This document shows, in pieces, positions 37,513 through 47,369 of a stretch of DNA of 64,000 bases. Position numbers and translations under genes: made by a program. The stretch lies in IMG/VR virus record IMGVR_UViG_3300037418_003103. One strand, 5' to 3'. Origin of the DNA: a virus. Its lineage: Duplodnaviria; Heunggongvirae; Uroviricota; Caudoviricetes. Under the pieces are notes generated by a model, which ran no database searches, was not told where the DNA came from, and saw only the letters and a list, made by a program, of their open reading frames with translations. Position 1 is the stretch's first letter, and every line of letters begins with the position of its first letter.

Positions 37513-37965
37513 TTATTTAAATTTAAGATTCTGTTTTTTATTGTAAGCCAGACGTAAACCATTAATGAATGCTTTAGTTTTATCCTTCCATAGATTGGCA
37601 ACGTCATCCAGCATAAGTGGTAATAATTCTTCAAGCGCATCAGCAATCTTCTTACACTTAGTGTAAGAAATATATCCATCACAATCAGAATGTCTAAGAA
37701 GTTCATACAGCGGATGCTCTATGAGTAAATCCCATTTTATTGGGAGTCGTTTTTTAAGATGTATAATGCCCCACATTTGGAGTTCATCATCATTAGGAAA
37801 TGTGTGTTCTAAAAGAGTAAAAGGGTTATTAATTCCATCTTCATAATAAAATCCCTCCATTAATTCAAGGGGTGGAAATCCTGCTAATTCAGCTATTTTA
37901 GTCCTCCAAGCCATAAAAGAACCGTAAGATCCGTGCCATGCATCATGTGTAATGTCCAACCCCAT
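37513..37965 (-). CDS. hypothetical protein
   Basis: 150-aa ORF. Confidence 0.55.
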   Translation of the reverse strand: MGLDITHDAWHGSYGSFMAWRTKIAELAGFPPLELMEGFYYEDGINNPFTLLEHTFPNDDELQMWGIIHLKKRLPIKWDLLIEHPLYELLRHSDCDGYISYTKCKKIADALEELLPLMLDDVANLWKDKTKAFINGLRLAYNKKQNLKFK

Positions 37966-38025
37966 TCTTAATATTTAAAACAAAAATAGCATAAATTTGT
38001 TACAAAAACAACTAATATTAATAAT

Positions 38026-38469
38026 TTATTTTAATTTTTCAAGACTCATAAAATAATCAGGTAAGATTATCCCCTCTCTTGAAGGATGTGGATCATGAGC
38101 AAGCAATCCGTTCTTATAAATTACACTATGTCTAAAGCCGCGAGGACTCTCGCCAAAAACAATGTAGTATTTATTTCTACACTCTTTCATCCACTTATAT
38201 CTTTGTTTTTCTTTTTTTCCATAATTCTTTTCATGGAAAACCCTGAATCTATCATCTGATGATAGATCATATCCCAGGTTGGTTAGAAAGCAACACATAA
38301 CTTCAATCCAATAAGACCCCTCAATACCAAATAAAACCTCTACATTTGGAACTTGGGGTAGGGGTAACTCAATTAGTGAAGCGATTGAGGCGGCAAAACA
38401 GTTACCTCTTACAACAACCTCATCCTTTGAGTTCTTGACAACTACTTTTGTCTGTGTAACTGGAATCAT
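38026..38469 (-). CDS. possible papain-fold cysteine peptidase/amidase
   Basis: 147-aa ORF; GNCFAASIASL (Cys) with downstream FRHSVIY and AHDPHP His motifs in an NlpC/P60- or C39-like order; weak. Confidence 0.3.
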   Translation of the reverse strand: MIPVTQTKVVVKNSKDEVVVRGNCFAASIASLIELPLPQVPNVEVLFGIEGSYWIEVMCCFLTNLGYDLSSDDRFRVFHEKNYGKKEKQRYKWMKECRNKYYIVFGESPRGFRHSVIYKNGLLAHDPHPSREGIILPDYFMSLEKLK

Positions 38470-38538
38470 TTAATTATGAGTTTAATTTTATCATAAGATT
38501 TTTTTATTCGGATTGTAAATTAATTAACATCACATAAT

Positions 38539-39060
38539 TTATAATTTTTTAAATTTCACAACAGTTAACTCCATGTCTTTTAATTCTTTTTGAAAAATAC
38601 CTCTTACTATTTCCCACGACCCTCCAGCTAATCCGCAACCAATTAGTGGTAAACCTATACGCAGGCCTTTAAAAGTATAATTTATTTTTCGCATGCATAG
38701 AGCAATCGCTTCATAATCTACAGGAGGCCCATAGAGAGAGCCATAAAAAAACTGGGTATAGCAATTCACAACAAATAAAGAATAAAGCAGCGTATCACCT
38801 TCATCAGGATAACGTTCAAATTTTTTATCCCAACTAGAGTACCATAACTTTTCAAAATCAATTTGTCCTAGCTTATTGATGTCTCCAACAAATTTTTTAT
38901 CTTCCAATTTAAAGTTATTACAACCAAAAGCGGATGCCATTTGAGGAGCGATTCCAGCACCCATCTGACAGAAACAATTAGCTCCATGGGCTACAACATT
39001 GAATTCTCCATTTTTAGCCCTTACGATTAAATCACCCTCCACTTCTTGATATTTATTCAT
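38539..39060 (-). CDS. macro domain protein (ADP-ribose binding/hydrolase)
   Basis: GDLIVRAKNGEFNVVAHGANC...GAGIA and LPLIGCGLAGG match macro-domain motifs. Confidence 0.65.
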   Translation of the reverse strand: MNKYQEVEGDLIVRAKNGEFNVVAHGANCFCQMGAGIAPQMASAFGCNNFKLEDKKFVGDINKLGQIDFEKLWYSSWDKKFERYPDEGDTLLYSLFVVNCYTQFFYGSLYGPPVDYEAIALCMRKINYTFKGLRIGLPLIGCGLAGGSWEIVRGIFQKELKDMELTVVKFKKL

Positions 39061-39062
39061 AC

Positions 39063-39815
39063 TTATAATATTTTAACTGTTATTTTTTTATCTTCTATAA
39101 CAATATACTCCTTGGTTTTGTTACCTAGTGTATCAATAAAGTAATATCTTCCACCAGTGGCTCTACCATTTATATCAATTTTTTCAACACCTGTATGTCC
39201 TACAATCTGGATATACTTATTCCTTAGAGTTATTTTATTGGCTTTCATCAAACTCCTAGGCCTTATCCAAATTGGAGACTGTTCAACATCATCTCCATAT
39301 GCATTAGTACCATTAAACATAAAGGCTAATGGTTTATACCTCCATAAATCATTTATGTACTCTTCCAGAGGCTCATCCTCATATCCAACCTCCTGTAGCC
39401 AGACACTGCTCACACCAGCGTGTGTAAACAAGTAATTGTCATGTACATGGCACATTTGAAGATGCTGCTTATTATCTTCTAGTATCTGAGTGATAAATGC
39501 TGCGAAATCAACTTGAAAGCCAGATGTTTGGGTGTACTGTTTAAGCCCGTTAAAATAATGGAAATCATGATTTCCAATAAGCATAACGACTTTTATACCC
39601 TCATTCTCGGCCTGTATTTTCCATTCAATAATTTCTTTAAAATTATTGACCTGCACATGACCTGGAAGGTAAGGAATAATTTTTTTTAATTGCTTATCAT
39701 AAATAGCTGAGTCAAAGTAGTCTCCCAGAAATATAACCTTATCAGGCTTCTCGATTTCAACCATAAGCTTCCAAACATCTCTACCATGAATATCAGGAAT
39801 TGGCAAAATAGTCAT
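39063..39815 (-). CDS. Ser/Thr protein phosphatase-like metallophosphoesterase (lambda PPase type)
   Basis: PDIHGRD (GDxHG), GDYFD (GDxxDRG-like), IGNHD (GNHE) motifs. Confidence 0.7.
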   Translation of the reverse strand: MTILPIPDIHGRDVWKLMVEIEKPDKVIFLGDYFDSAIYDKQLKKIIPYLPGHVQVNNFKEIIEWKIQAENEGIKVVMLIGNHDFHYFNGLKQYTQTSGFQVDFAAFITQILEDNKQHLQMCHVHDNYLFTHAGVSSVWLQEVGYEDEPLEEYINDLWRYKPLAFMFNGTNAYGDDVEQSPIWIRPRSLMKANKITLRNKYIQIVGHTGVEKIDINGRATGGRYYFIDTLGNKTKEYIVIEDKKITVKIL

Positions 39816-39994
39816 GTTAAAAAATTGTATGTAAGGGTATCAAAGAAAATATGAAGCTTACGCTTCCCCAAACGACAATAACAGCCATAAATCATTCCAA
39901 CGTTATCTCTATTAGAAAAAATACTAAAATTTTTAAACTGATACTTAGATTCCACAGTTAACCAGTCATTAATAAAATGAATATCTGAAGGCAT
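39812..39994 (-). CDS. hypothetical small protein
   Basis: 60-aa ORF; ATGA overlap with the phosphatase start. Confidence 0.3.
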   Translation of the reverse strand: MPSDIHFINDWLTVESKYQFKNFSIFSNRDNVGMIYGCYCRLGKRKLHIFFDTLTYNFLT

Positions 39995-40091
39995 GACCTT
40001 TATTTTAAATTTACCTTTGGGCTTATTTTAAGGTTATAATCGTTACTGCCTATATGTACATATAGTCTTGTTGTATGAGACTTTTGATGCA

Positions 40092-40343
40092 TTATCTTTT
40101 TATTTTATACTCTGAAACGCCTGTTATCACTGGTTTGCATGGGACGCCATTTTCATAAAATCCATCATGCTCAACCTCAGCTAAAAATAAATTAAACCAG
40201 TTATGTTTAATAGCATACGTAATCTTTTTTATTTTGTCTGCAGGGATTTGAATATCCGCAAAGAATTGACTTCCAGGTAGATCCAGGAAGCCAAGAGCGG
40301 CATTTCTCTCGTTTATCGTAACAAGTTTAAAATGAGTCCTCAT
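40092..40343 (-). CDS. hypothetical protein
   Basis: 83-aa ORF. Confidence 0.45.
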   Translation of the reverse strand: MRTHFKLVTINERNAALGFLDLPGSQFFADIQIPADKIKKITYAIKHNWFNLFLAEVEHDGFYENGVPCKPVITGVSEYKIKR

Positions 40344-40344
40344 T

Positions 40345-40824
40345 CTATTTTTTCTGTTTAATCATTTCGATTAATTCATCCTTACTTTTACTTTCTAATG
40401 TATCAGTAATAATAGGAGATTTCATTTGTTCTATCTCATCCTTTATTTTCAGTCTAAGAAGATTTGTTAATTCAGAAGGTATTTGTTTTGCTGAACTGTC
40501 TGAAGTAATAAAATTACCTACTGCTCCACCAGCTACTATAGTCAAAGCATCTGTTTTACTTGGCGTAAGCATAAAGCCAAACCAAGTAATAACACATAGA
40601 ATAAGATTGATATAAAAGAATCTTGAAAAGTGCTTTCCCCATTGATCGGTGACTTTAGGATTATTACATTCATCAGTTACTCTATAAATTCTGTTGACTA
40701 CATATATGATTAGTCCTATTACAGCAAATGTTGTAAAAAGATTTGAAAATGCATCAAAGGCTTTTTTAACTCCATCAGCAACTGTTATCCAATAAAATAC
40801 TCTGTAAAAATTTATTTGTAACAT
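40345..40824 (-). CDS. membrane protein (multi-TM)
   Basis: 159-aa ORF with hydrophobic segments. Confidence 0.5.
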   Translation of the reverse strand: MLQINFYRVFYWITVADGVKKAFDAFSNLFTTFAVIGLIIYVVNRIYRVTDECNNPKVTDQWGKHFSRFFYINLILCVITWFGFMLTPSKTDALTIVAGGAVGNFITSDSSAKQIPSELTNLLRLKIKDEIEQMKSPIITDTLESKSKDELIEMIKQKK

Positions 40825-40866
40825 GTTTTTAGTTTTAATTTAGTTGTTTTAAAATGAAAAATATTC

Positions 40867-41097
40867 TTAATTTAATGATTTAATTGTTGAATCCTCATGC
40901 TTCATCTTTAATCGGATAAGGCTGATTGATTTGGGTGACATTTGTTTTGCTGAAGTATCTAAAGTTACAAAATTGCCAACAACACCAGTTACAGTATCTT
41001 TCTTGCTTAATATATATACAAACAATATAATGATGCAGAGGATAATACTTTTACAAAATAGTGTATAAAATCGTTTACTTAATTGATGCAAATTCAT
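40867..41097 (-). CDS. small membrane protein (paralogous C-terminus to the previous gene)
   Basis: 76-aa ORF; ...GNFVTLDTSAKQ resembles ...GNFITSDSSAKQ in 40345-40824. Confidence 0.4.
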   Translation of the reverse strand: MNLHQLSKRFYTLFCKSIILCIIILFVYILSKKDTVTGVVGNFVTLDTSAKQMSPKSISLIRLKMKHEDSTIKSLN

Positions 41098-41159
41098 AAA
41101 AATTTAATTTAGTTGTTTTAAAATGCAAAACTACTATTAAATTATCAATAAACCAAAAA

Positions 41160-41489
41160 TTAAAATAACTTACTTTCTTTTTCTGTTGGTATAATTGAGT
41201 AATTATCACAAATTTTTTCCTCGCTCAAAACTCTATTTGAGTTTAAAAGTAACATGAGTTGAACTAGCTCTGAGTAGTTAATGCTAAGATTCTTTTTTGA
41301 AGAAAGGCCAGTTATTATTACATTATTGCCAGTGTCTTTAAAAGACATGGCTAGGGTCTTTCTTATTTCTTCTGACCAATTATTATTTGAATAAAAAAGA
41401 CTCAGTGTTTCTGCATCCGCGTCTGATTCTTTAATTAAGTCGAATTCATGACTCGTATTCTGATCTAAAATTAAATATTTAGTTGCCAT
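41160..41489 (-). CDS. hypothetical protein
   Basis: 109-aa ORF. Confidence 0.45.
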   Translation of the reverse strand: MATKYLILDQNTSHEFDLIKESDADAETLSLFYSNNNWSEEIRKTLAMSFKDTGNNVIITGLSSKKNLSINYSELVQLMLLLNSNRVLSEEKICDNYSIIPTEKESKLF

Positions 41490-41520
41490 TTTGATATATT
41501 ACTTATTAGTTATAAAAAAT

Positions 41521-41721
41521 TCATTTTATTTTTGAGACGGACGAATTATCCTGGTTATAAATAAATCCATCACTTAAAAGAGAATTAAAAGCTAATTTTG
41601 CAATTGTATAACTTGTTAAATATTTTCTTTGAAGTTTAGGTATAGAAATGTCGTCTCCAGATTTAAAATCAGTCTTTATTTTTGTTATTAATTCGTCTTT
41701 TATTTGAGTAGTTTCATTCAT
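41521..41721 (-). CDS. hypothetical protein
   Basis: 66-aa ORF. Confidence 0.4.
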   Translation of the reverse strand: MNETTQIKDELITKIKTDFKSGDDISIPKLQRKYLTSYTIAKLAFNSLLSDGFIYNQDNSSVSKIK

Positions 41722-41728
41722 GTTAGGC

Positions 41729-41989
41729 TTAATTTAATTCTGGATAAAATACTGGCGGTTCATCATCTAAATCGTCATCAACATTGTCAGAATCTTCTAT
41801 ATTAAAATAGTTACAAGGAACTAGAATAAACGCTTGTTCCTCTTCGTTATTAAGCACCATTCCCGCAACTCCACTCATGTTTAAACAAGGTTCTTTAAAT
41901 AGTCCGTCAAAATAATCAGAGGCAGCAAAAAATACTTGTATATCATCAGGGACTTCCTTTAATAATTCTTTTAATTCACCTACATTCAT
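41729..41989 (-). CDS. hypothetical acidic protein
   Basis: 86-aa ORF; D-rich C-terminus. Confidence 0.45.
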   Translation of the reverse strand: MNVGELKELLKEVPDDIQVFFAASDYFDGLFKEPCLNMSGVAGMVLNNEEEQAFILVPCNYFNIEDSDNVDDDLDDEPPVFYPELN

Positions 41990-41997
41990 TTTTAATA

Positions 41998-42477
41998 TTA
42001 TTTATTATTGATGTAATCAGGCACTTGTTGGCCTGTTATTTGTTCGAATAAACTTGTTCTTAATTCGGTTAAGGCATACCAAAGCATTATAGCCTTAGCG
42101 TATCTATCGAGTGTATTATTAATCGCAGCAATGTATTTATCAGTGTCAACGTCATATAATTGATCTCTGGAAACTCTTCGTTCAGCAGTAAATTCCTTTC
42201 CGTTTATTTTGAACTTAAAAACCATTCTAACTATCGGTTCAAATCCTGGCTCTTGTAAAGCAAATGCTTCACCATTAATTAAGTTATTCTCTACTTTAAC
42301 GCTGGAAATAAGCTTGTTAAGTACCTTCTCATGCATTTCTTCTGCCAGTCTAATACTATCGTCTGTAGGAGCTCGGTATTCATTAACCTCTACCTTTTCT
42401 GGCGATTTGTTGTAAGTATTCTGAATTACTGGTTCGTAGTTCACATTAATTAATTTGTTATAAGGTGATCTTCCCAT
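41998..42477 (-). CDS. hypothetical protein
   Basis: 159-aa ORF. Confidence 0.55.
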   Translation of the reverse strand: MGRSPYNKLINVNYEPVIQNTYNKSPEKVEVNEYRAPTDDSIRLAEEMHEKVLNKLISSVKVENNLINGEAFALQEPGFEPIVRMVFKFKINGKEFTAERRVSRDQLYDVDTDKYIAAINNTLDRYAKAIMLWYALTELRTSLFEQITGQQVPDYINNK

Positions 42478-42631
42478 CAGTATTTATAGGTTTGTATTTG
42501 ATACTTAAGTTTCCCGTGTTTATCATAGTGCTGCTGAGTAGTTGTTGACTTAGGCTTACGCGCATGCTTTGAAGGCGAGCAGGATGCCATGAGTATGATG
42601 GCAATAAAAATTATACTTTTCATATGTTTAT

Positions 42632-42970
42632 TTATTTATTTTCAATTACATTTATATCTAAGTAAAAGTCTGACCAAATACTAACGGTATAAACTACTCT
42701 TCCATTGGGCTTGCCGTAGTGCGGGATGCTGTGCTCATCCTTCCATGGAGATTCTGTAAAGCAATCAGATATCGCTTGAATCAACTCTTCAACTGGCCTA
42801 GCATCCTCAGTCCAGGGCATTGCCATAATATCCATGTCACTTGCCAGACTTCCATGAAGGCCAAGCGCCCACCCACATTTCATAGCAGCTATCCTAAGGT
42901 CATTTAGTACCGCTGCGTAAAATATTGTCTTTCCATACATAACAATATGTTCGTTGTTAAATTTACTCAT
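42632..42970 (-). CDS. hypothetical protein
   Basis: 112-aa ORF; GLHGSLASDMDI is only weakly nucleotidyltransferase-like (spacing atypical). Confidence 0.45.
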   Translation of the reverse strand: MSKFNNEHIVMYGKTIFYAAVLNDLRIAAMKCGWALGLHGSLASDMDIMAMPWTEDARPVEELIQAISDCFTESPWKDEHSIPHYGKPNGRVVYTVSIWSDFYLDINVIENK

Positions 42971-43032
42971 ATTATTTTGGCTTTAAATAACTTGTAAAAC
43001 ATGTGATAAGCACCTGCTACATGTTAGTACAC

Positions 43033-43542
43033 TCATATAGTTTTTATTATTTGGTTATTCATTACTTTTAAGAAGGTATAATATGCTTCTTGAATAACAG
43101 GATCTTTTGGAAATACTACACAAGCGACATAATTAAGGCCATTCAAATGTTTAATTGAGTCAATATCCGATGCAAAAGTATTATGACCAAAGCCATAATT
43201 AATATTAAGATCTCCACCTTTTATATGTTCTTTTAACAAGTCATCAATCGCCATTCTTAGGGTATTCCTTCTAGTATTAATATTATCATACATCCGCTTG
43301 CTAACCTTCTCATGTACGGTACATGATGTACCGCATTCGGCACAGGTAAAATTGTTTAAGTCCTTATAGGCTTCTTTATTACTCTCGTCTAGTATATACC
43401 CCATAAGCGTCTCGATACCGTTAGCACAGCCGCATTTAGGGCATACTTCATGATTCTTATGATATAAATCCATGAAAGAATCGTAGTCTAATTCATTTAA
43501 ATCATCAGTATTCATTGAGTTAATTTTCAATAAAAATACCAT
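43033..43542 (-). CDS. hypothetical protein with two CxxC zinc-ribbon motifs
   Basis: 169-aa ORF; CPKCGC...CAECG. Confidence 0.5.
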   Translation of the reverse strand: MVFLLKINSMNTDDLNELDYDSFMDLYHKNHEVCPKCGCANGIETLMGYILDESNKEAYKDLNNFTCAECGTSCTVHEKVSKRMYDNINTRRNTLRMAIDDLLKEHIKGGDLNINYGFGHNTFASDIDSIKHLNGLNYVACVVFPKDPVIQEAYYTFLKVMNNQIIKTI

Positions 43543-43575
43543 TTTTTTAAATGCAATACAACTAAATGAGTCTAA

Positions 43576-43818
43576 TTATTTTTTTTGTTGGTCGTATGAA
43601 GAATCAAGCATCTCTCGTATTTTTTTAAATACAATTGGAATTGATGTTAGCTCATCTTCTCCGTAGAAGAAGACTGTAAAACCGTGATCGCCTTGGAACT
43701 TATCTTTAACCTTCTTTCCATTAACTGTATCCAGATAAATCCATGGATAGTTACCAAATAGTTCCACTTTTATGCCAATTTTAGCTAAACGATTTACAAA
43801 AGATTTAATTGTTGTCAT
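43576..43818 (-). CDS. hypothetical protein
   Basis: 80-aa ORF. Confidence 0.45.
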   Translation of the reverse strand: MTTIKSFVNRLAKIGIKVELFGNYPWIYLDTVNGKKVKDKFQGDHGFTVFFYGEDELTSIPIVFKKIREMLDSSYDQQKK

Positions 43819-43890
43819 TATTTTTATTTATTAAGAAAATTAATAAATGTATCCAGCACCGTTGTTAACTTATTTGTTTTTAATCTCTTT

Positions 43891-44430
43891 TCATTTCTTC
43901 GGAGCTATGATTTGAGGTTTATTCCAGTAGAGGTCTTGAACTGCAACTCCGTAATATTTAGGAAATCCATTATTATCATAATATTGTGTGACCTTCCTTT
44001 TGAAATCTACTTCTATTACAGTATGATCATGACAATCAAATGATTTAATAGTACCCTCACCATATTGTAATGAGAAAACTTTATCGCCAACTTTAGATTT
44101 AGCAAACATAGGCTCAGATGCTTGTTCATTTTGATTATTGGCTAATTGTTGCTTAGGTTCCTCTGGTTTGATACGATAATTTTCAACAGGTTCATTCCAA
44201 AATGGCTTATTGAGTCTTATATCTTCCCACCCATAATCGTTTATAATTTGTATGATTTTTCCAGTTTCATGAGCGTCTTTAAGTTCTCTGTATGGATCTC
44301 TTACCCTGTAGGGAGTATCAGGATTCCAATTCGGACATGGTGCATCCATCCATGTGCCACTTGGTAGTTTAACTTCAATTTCTTTACCTTCAGCCCAGGC
44401 TATAATTTCATTATAATGTTTATGTTTCAT
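43891..44430 (-). CDS. hypothetical protein
   Basis: 179-aa ORF. Confidence 0.55.
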   Translation of the reverse strand: MKHKHYNEIIAWAEGKEIEVKLPSGTWMDAPCPNWNPDTPYRVRDPYRELKDAHETGKIIQIINDYGWEDIRLNKPFWNEPVENYRIKPEEPKQQLANNQNEQASEPMFAKSKVGDKVFSLQYGEGTIKSFDCHDHTVIEVDFKRKVTQYYDNNGFPKYYGVAVQDLYWNKPQIIAPKK

Positions 44431-44506
44431 ATTGCTTTTTGTTTGTTGTTTTATACTTGTTCTGAGATACTCAACGGCATATATTTTTTAACTTATTTAT
44501 TAGCCG

Positions 44507-45067
44507 TTAATGAAAATATCCACAAGGACCTTTAATTTCACAATATATTTTTGGATTGTCAGTTTCTTTATATAAGTCTATTGACTGCCGTTCACCCCAT
44601 GAATTCTCCCCAACAACATGAACTTCATCTTCGTCAAATTCATCCCCTTCTTTTACCCAAATTGCTTCTGGTGAAATTTCTCCAATTACTTTAAAAGCTT
44701 GATCTGCTTGTATCCATTCTTCATTTTCAGAAGGCCATGGTTCATAAACATATACTCCAAATAGCAATACAGGTTCAAAATGATGAACTATTCTTTCCTT
44801 ATTATCTTTATTACATTCTTTGAGAATATCACCCGCTTGAATATCCCTGGAACAAAGAACTAGCTTTACTTTTTTAAATTTGAATCTATTCTGCCAATCT
44901 GGTAAATTAACTATTTCATTGTTATGATTTAAAAAATCATTTCCACCAAGATAAGTGCCTATTAAACCTTTTAAATAAGGTTCATTAGAAGTTACTTTAT
45001 CTCCAGTACGTATTTCATTTATCTCTACTTTTACCTGAATATATTTTGCGAAATATTTTTTATTCAT
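44507..45067 (-). CDS. hypothetical protein
   Basis: 186-aa ORF. Confidence 0.55.
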   Translation of the reverse strand: MNKKYFAKYIQVKVEINEIRTGDKVTSNEPYLKGLIGTYLGGNDFLNHNNEIVNLPDWQNRFKFKKVKLVLCSRDIQAGDILKECNKDNKERIVHHFEPVLLFGVYVYEPWPSENEEWIQADQAFKVIGEISPEAIWVKEGDEFDEDEVHVVGENSWGERQSIDLYKETDNPKIYCEIKGPCGYFH

Positions 45068-45279
45068 TTTATAAATTTAATTGTGTCACCAATTTTGTAC
45101 TTATTGCATGTATCAATGATAACTATAAAGTAATCATCAGAAATATATGTACAGCCTGCACTATTACTTTGTATACAACTAACAACAAAAGACTTTATAT
45201 TGGGGTGAATATCTTCAACACAAGAAGATAAGCCAGTTATTAAAATTAGCAGTAGAATTATTGTTTTTATTATTTTCAT
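45064..45279 (-). CDS. putative lipoprotein
   Basis: MKIIKTIILLLILITGLSSC signal peptide and lipobox. Confidence 0.45.
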   Translation of the reverse strand: MKIIKTIILLLILITGLSSCVEDIHPNIKSFVVSCIQSNSAGCTYISDDYFIVIIDTCNKYKIGDTIKFIK

Positions 45280-45530
45280 ATTATTAGTTTTTTTACTTGT
45301 TCAATAGAATTTTCATCTAATTCACCATAGTCACCATATTCATCTTCCATATTCAGAACTGCTGCATTCTCTTTACATTTATCTACTGCAAGATTCCATA
45401 CTTCTTTCATTAGTTCTAAAATAAATCTTTCTGTCGTACCTCTTGGTCTTATAACCAAGCTATCCATTGGTAGAACTTTAAATGTTCTAAACTTTTCTTC
45501 GAGCATTTCTTTTAAATTAATTTTTTCCAT
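45276..45530 (-). CDS. hypothetical protein
   Basis: 84-aa ORF. Confidence 0.45.
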   Translation of the reverse strand: MEKINLKEMLEEKFRTFKVLPMDSLVIRPRGTTERFILELMKEVWNLAVDKCKENAAVLNMEDEYGDYGELDENSIEQVKKLII

Positions 45531-45653
45531 TATATTATTGATATAGATTAGTGATAAAACCTCATTACTGCGATCTTAATGGTTATTTCAGGGACCCAGA
45601 TGAGGTTTGTTAGCTACTACGTTCCCTTTTTCGCTTTTTAAATTAGTTTTATA

Positions 45654-45896
45654 TTATTTTATATTAGTTAATGGATAAGCATTGATGATAGAATCTTTGT
45701 TCCAACCATTTTCTAAATCTGTTTCAGATAGGTATCTTAAAAATTCTTTTGTTTGAGCTTGTACATGAAGTTTAGCAAATTCAATCATTGCTTCTGAGAC
45801 TGTAAGACCTATATGTTGGAGTCTTACTGATTTATCATTGTAGAGACCTCTATCTTTTAGAAATTCCTCTGCTGTTGGTATTTTATTTTTTTCCAT
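45654..45896 (-). CDS. hypothetical protein
   Basis: 80-aa ORF. Confidence 0.45.
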   Translation of the reverse strand: MEKNKIPTAEEFLKDRGLYNDKSVRLQHIGLTVSEAMIEFAKLHVQAQTKEFLRYLSETDLENGWNKDSIINAYPLTNIK

Positions 45897-46242
45897 CTTG
45901 TACTATTTTTATAAGTTTACGCAAACAAGTAAGTTCAGCTTCTTCATAAGTTTTGAAGTGATTAATAGCAATACCATTATCTGTGTCAACAAAAGTTTGA
46001 TTGATTCGACCAACATATACTTCGGGTCCTTCTATTGGTTGTATAGGATATGAATTAAAACATAAGTTATATTTCTCCCTAAAAAATCTGAATGCTTGTT
46101 GATAAAGAGGAGCTGCTGTGGTAGATATATTGAAATAATTTACTAACTGCTTCTCAGAGTTGTAATATCTCATACAATTTTCTCTATAGCCCAATTCTTT
46201 TATTGCTAATGCTTCAGTAAATGGTATAAATTCTTTACTCAT
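45883..46242 (-). CDS. hypothetical protein
   Basis: 119-aa ORF. Confidence 0.5.
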   Translation of the reverse strand: MSKEFIPFTEALAIKELGYRENCMRYYNSEKQLVNYFNISTTAAPLYQQAFRFFREKYNLCFNSYPIQPIEGPEVYVGRINQTFVDTDNGIAINHFKTYEEAELTCLRKLIKIVQDGKK

Positions 46243-46846
46243 ACTTAAATTCTTTAATAATGAGATGATTGTTTCTATCTACTTTTGGTAGCAGATAAGG
46301 CTTATATTTATCCCACAGTTCATTCGCAGCGTTCCAATCAAATACTTTATCAAATGTTTCATCACTCATGAAATCTTTTGTGGTAGTCATAGCCACCAAA
46401 GCTGATGTAGGATATTTCTTGAGGGATTTTAAAATTCTTTTTTCAATTTCTCCTACCGATAATTTAGATTGTTTAGCTTGACCAAAAGATATTCTAATTG
46501 CATTCTTCATATCTTCTTCCGTATATCCTCCTGCTTTGTAACCTGCCATAAAATCTCTTCTTACAGAATCTTTGTAAATTGAGTCTTGTGTATAGTTGAT
46601 ATTCTTGTAATGAATATCAAATAGCTTTTCAACAGTATCATTTATTTCAAACAATGGAAGATTACTATCTTTTAAAGATTTAATACCTGTATGAGCTATG
46701 ATTTCAAATAGTTTATCTTCCTTCAATGAACCCTTAAACACTGGATTTGTTATTAGTCTTGCATCATCAGAAGGATTTTCTGGAATTTTAACTATTACAG
46801 CCCCACCATCAACCTGAATAATGGGATATTCTTTATATTGTTCCAT
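46235..46846 (-). CDS. hypothetical protein
   Basis: 203-aa ORF. Confidence 0.55.
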   Translation of the reverse strand: MEQYKEYPIIQVDGGAVIVKIPENPSDDARLITNPVFKGSLKEDKLFEIIAHTGIKSLKDSNLPLFEINDTVEKLFDIHYKNINYTQDSIYKDSVRRDFMAGYKAGGYTEEDMKNAIRISFGQAKQSKLSVGEIEKRILKSLKKYPTSALVAMTTTKDFMSDETFDKVFDWNAANELWDKYKPYLLPKVDRNNHLIIKEFKYE

Positions 46847-47369
46847 AATTAAAATTTTTAAAAGATTTAAATAAAGAAATTATGTTCTCTTTCCCAACAG
46901 GGTTCATGCTATGCACAAAATATTCTGGTAAGGTTTTGTTATGTTCTATAACATAATCAATCAACCATTGTGCACAATGATAGCCTGTTTTATTCATATC
47001 CACTTCAAAACTATCACCCTTATAATTTAATACACCGTTCTGCATGTTGGAATGGTAGTGCCCATCTGCCAAGTCATGGTCAAAGGATATAACATTAGGA
47101 ATTCCGTTATCGGTAATATACTTAACGAAAGCTGGATAATTCCTTACAATAACCCACTCATACACCCTGTACTGTTTTCTTAACTCAACTGGATTTATAT
47201 AGTTTCCAACCTCATAAGGCTGTCTAATATCATCCAAAAACAATCTATACATCGTAATACTTTTTATCTTATTTCCAAATTGATTTGGGTTCAGATGGAA
47301 TAATATCGGTATCGTCAGTCTTATAACTACCCCGCATCCATTTATATTTACCATCATATACTGCCTCAC
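46833..47369 (-). CDS. hypothetical protein
   Basis: 178-aa ORF. Confidence 0.5.
   Translation of the reverse strand: MRQYMMVNINGCGVVIRLTIPILFHLNPNQFGNKIKSITMYRLFLDDIRQPYEVGNYINPVELRKQYRVYEWVIVRNYPAFVKYITDNGIPNVISFDHDLADGHYHSNMQNGVLNYKGDSFEVDMNKTGYHCAQWLIDYVIEHNKTLPEYFVHSMNPVGKENIISLFKSFKNFNYGTI

Noticed and set aside
42632-42970. Minimal nucleotidyltransferase call from GLHGSLASDMDI.
   Set aside because: Only 3 residues separate GS from DxD, against 9-13 in genuine pol-beta nucleotidyltransferases. It is kept as hypothetical.
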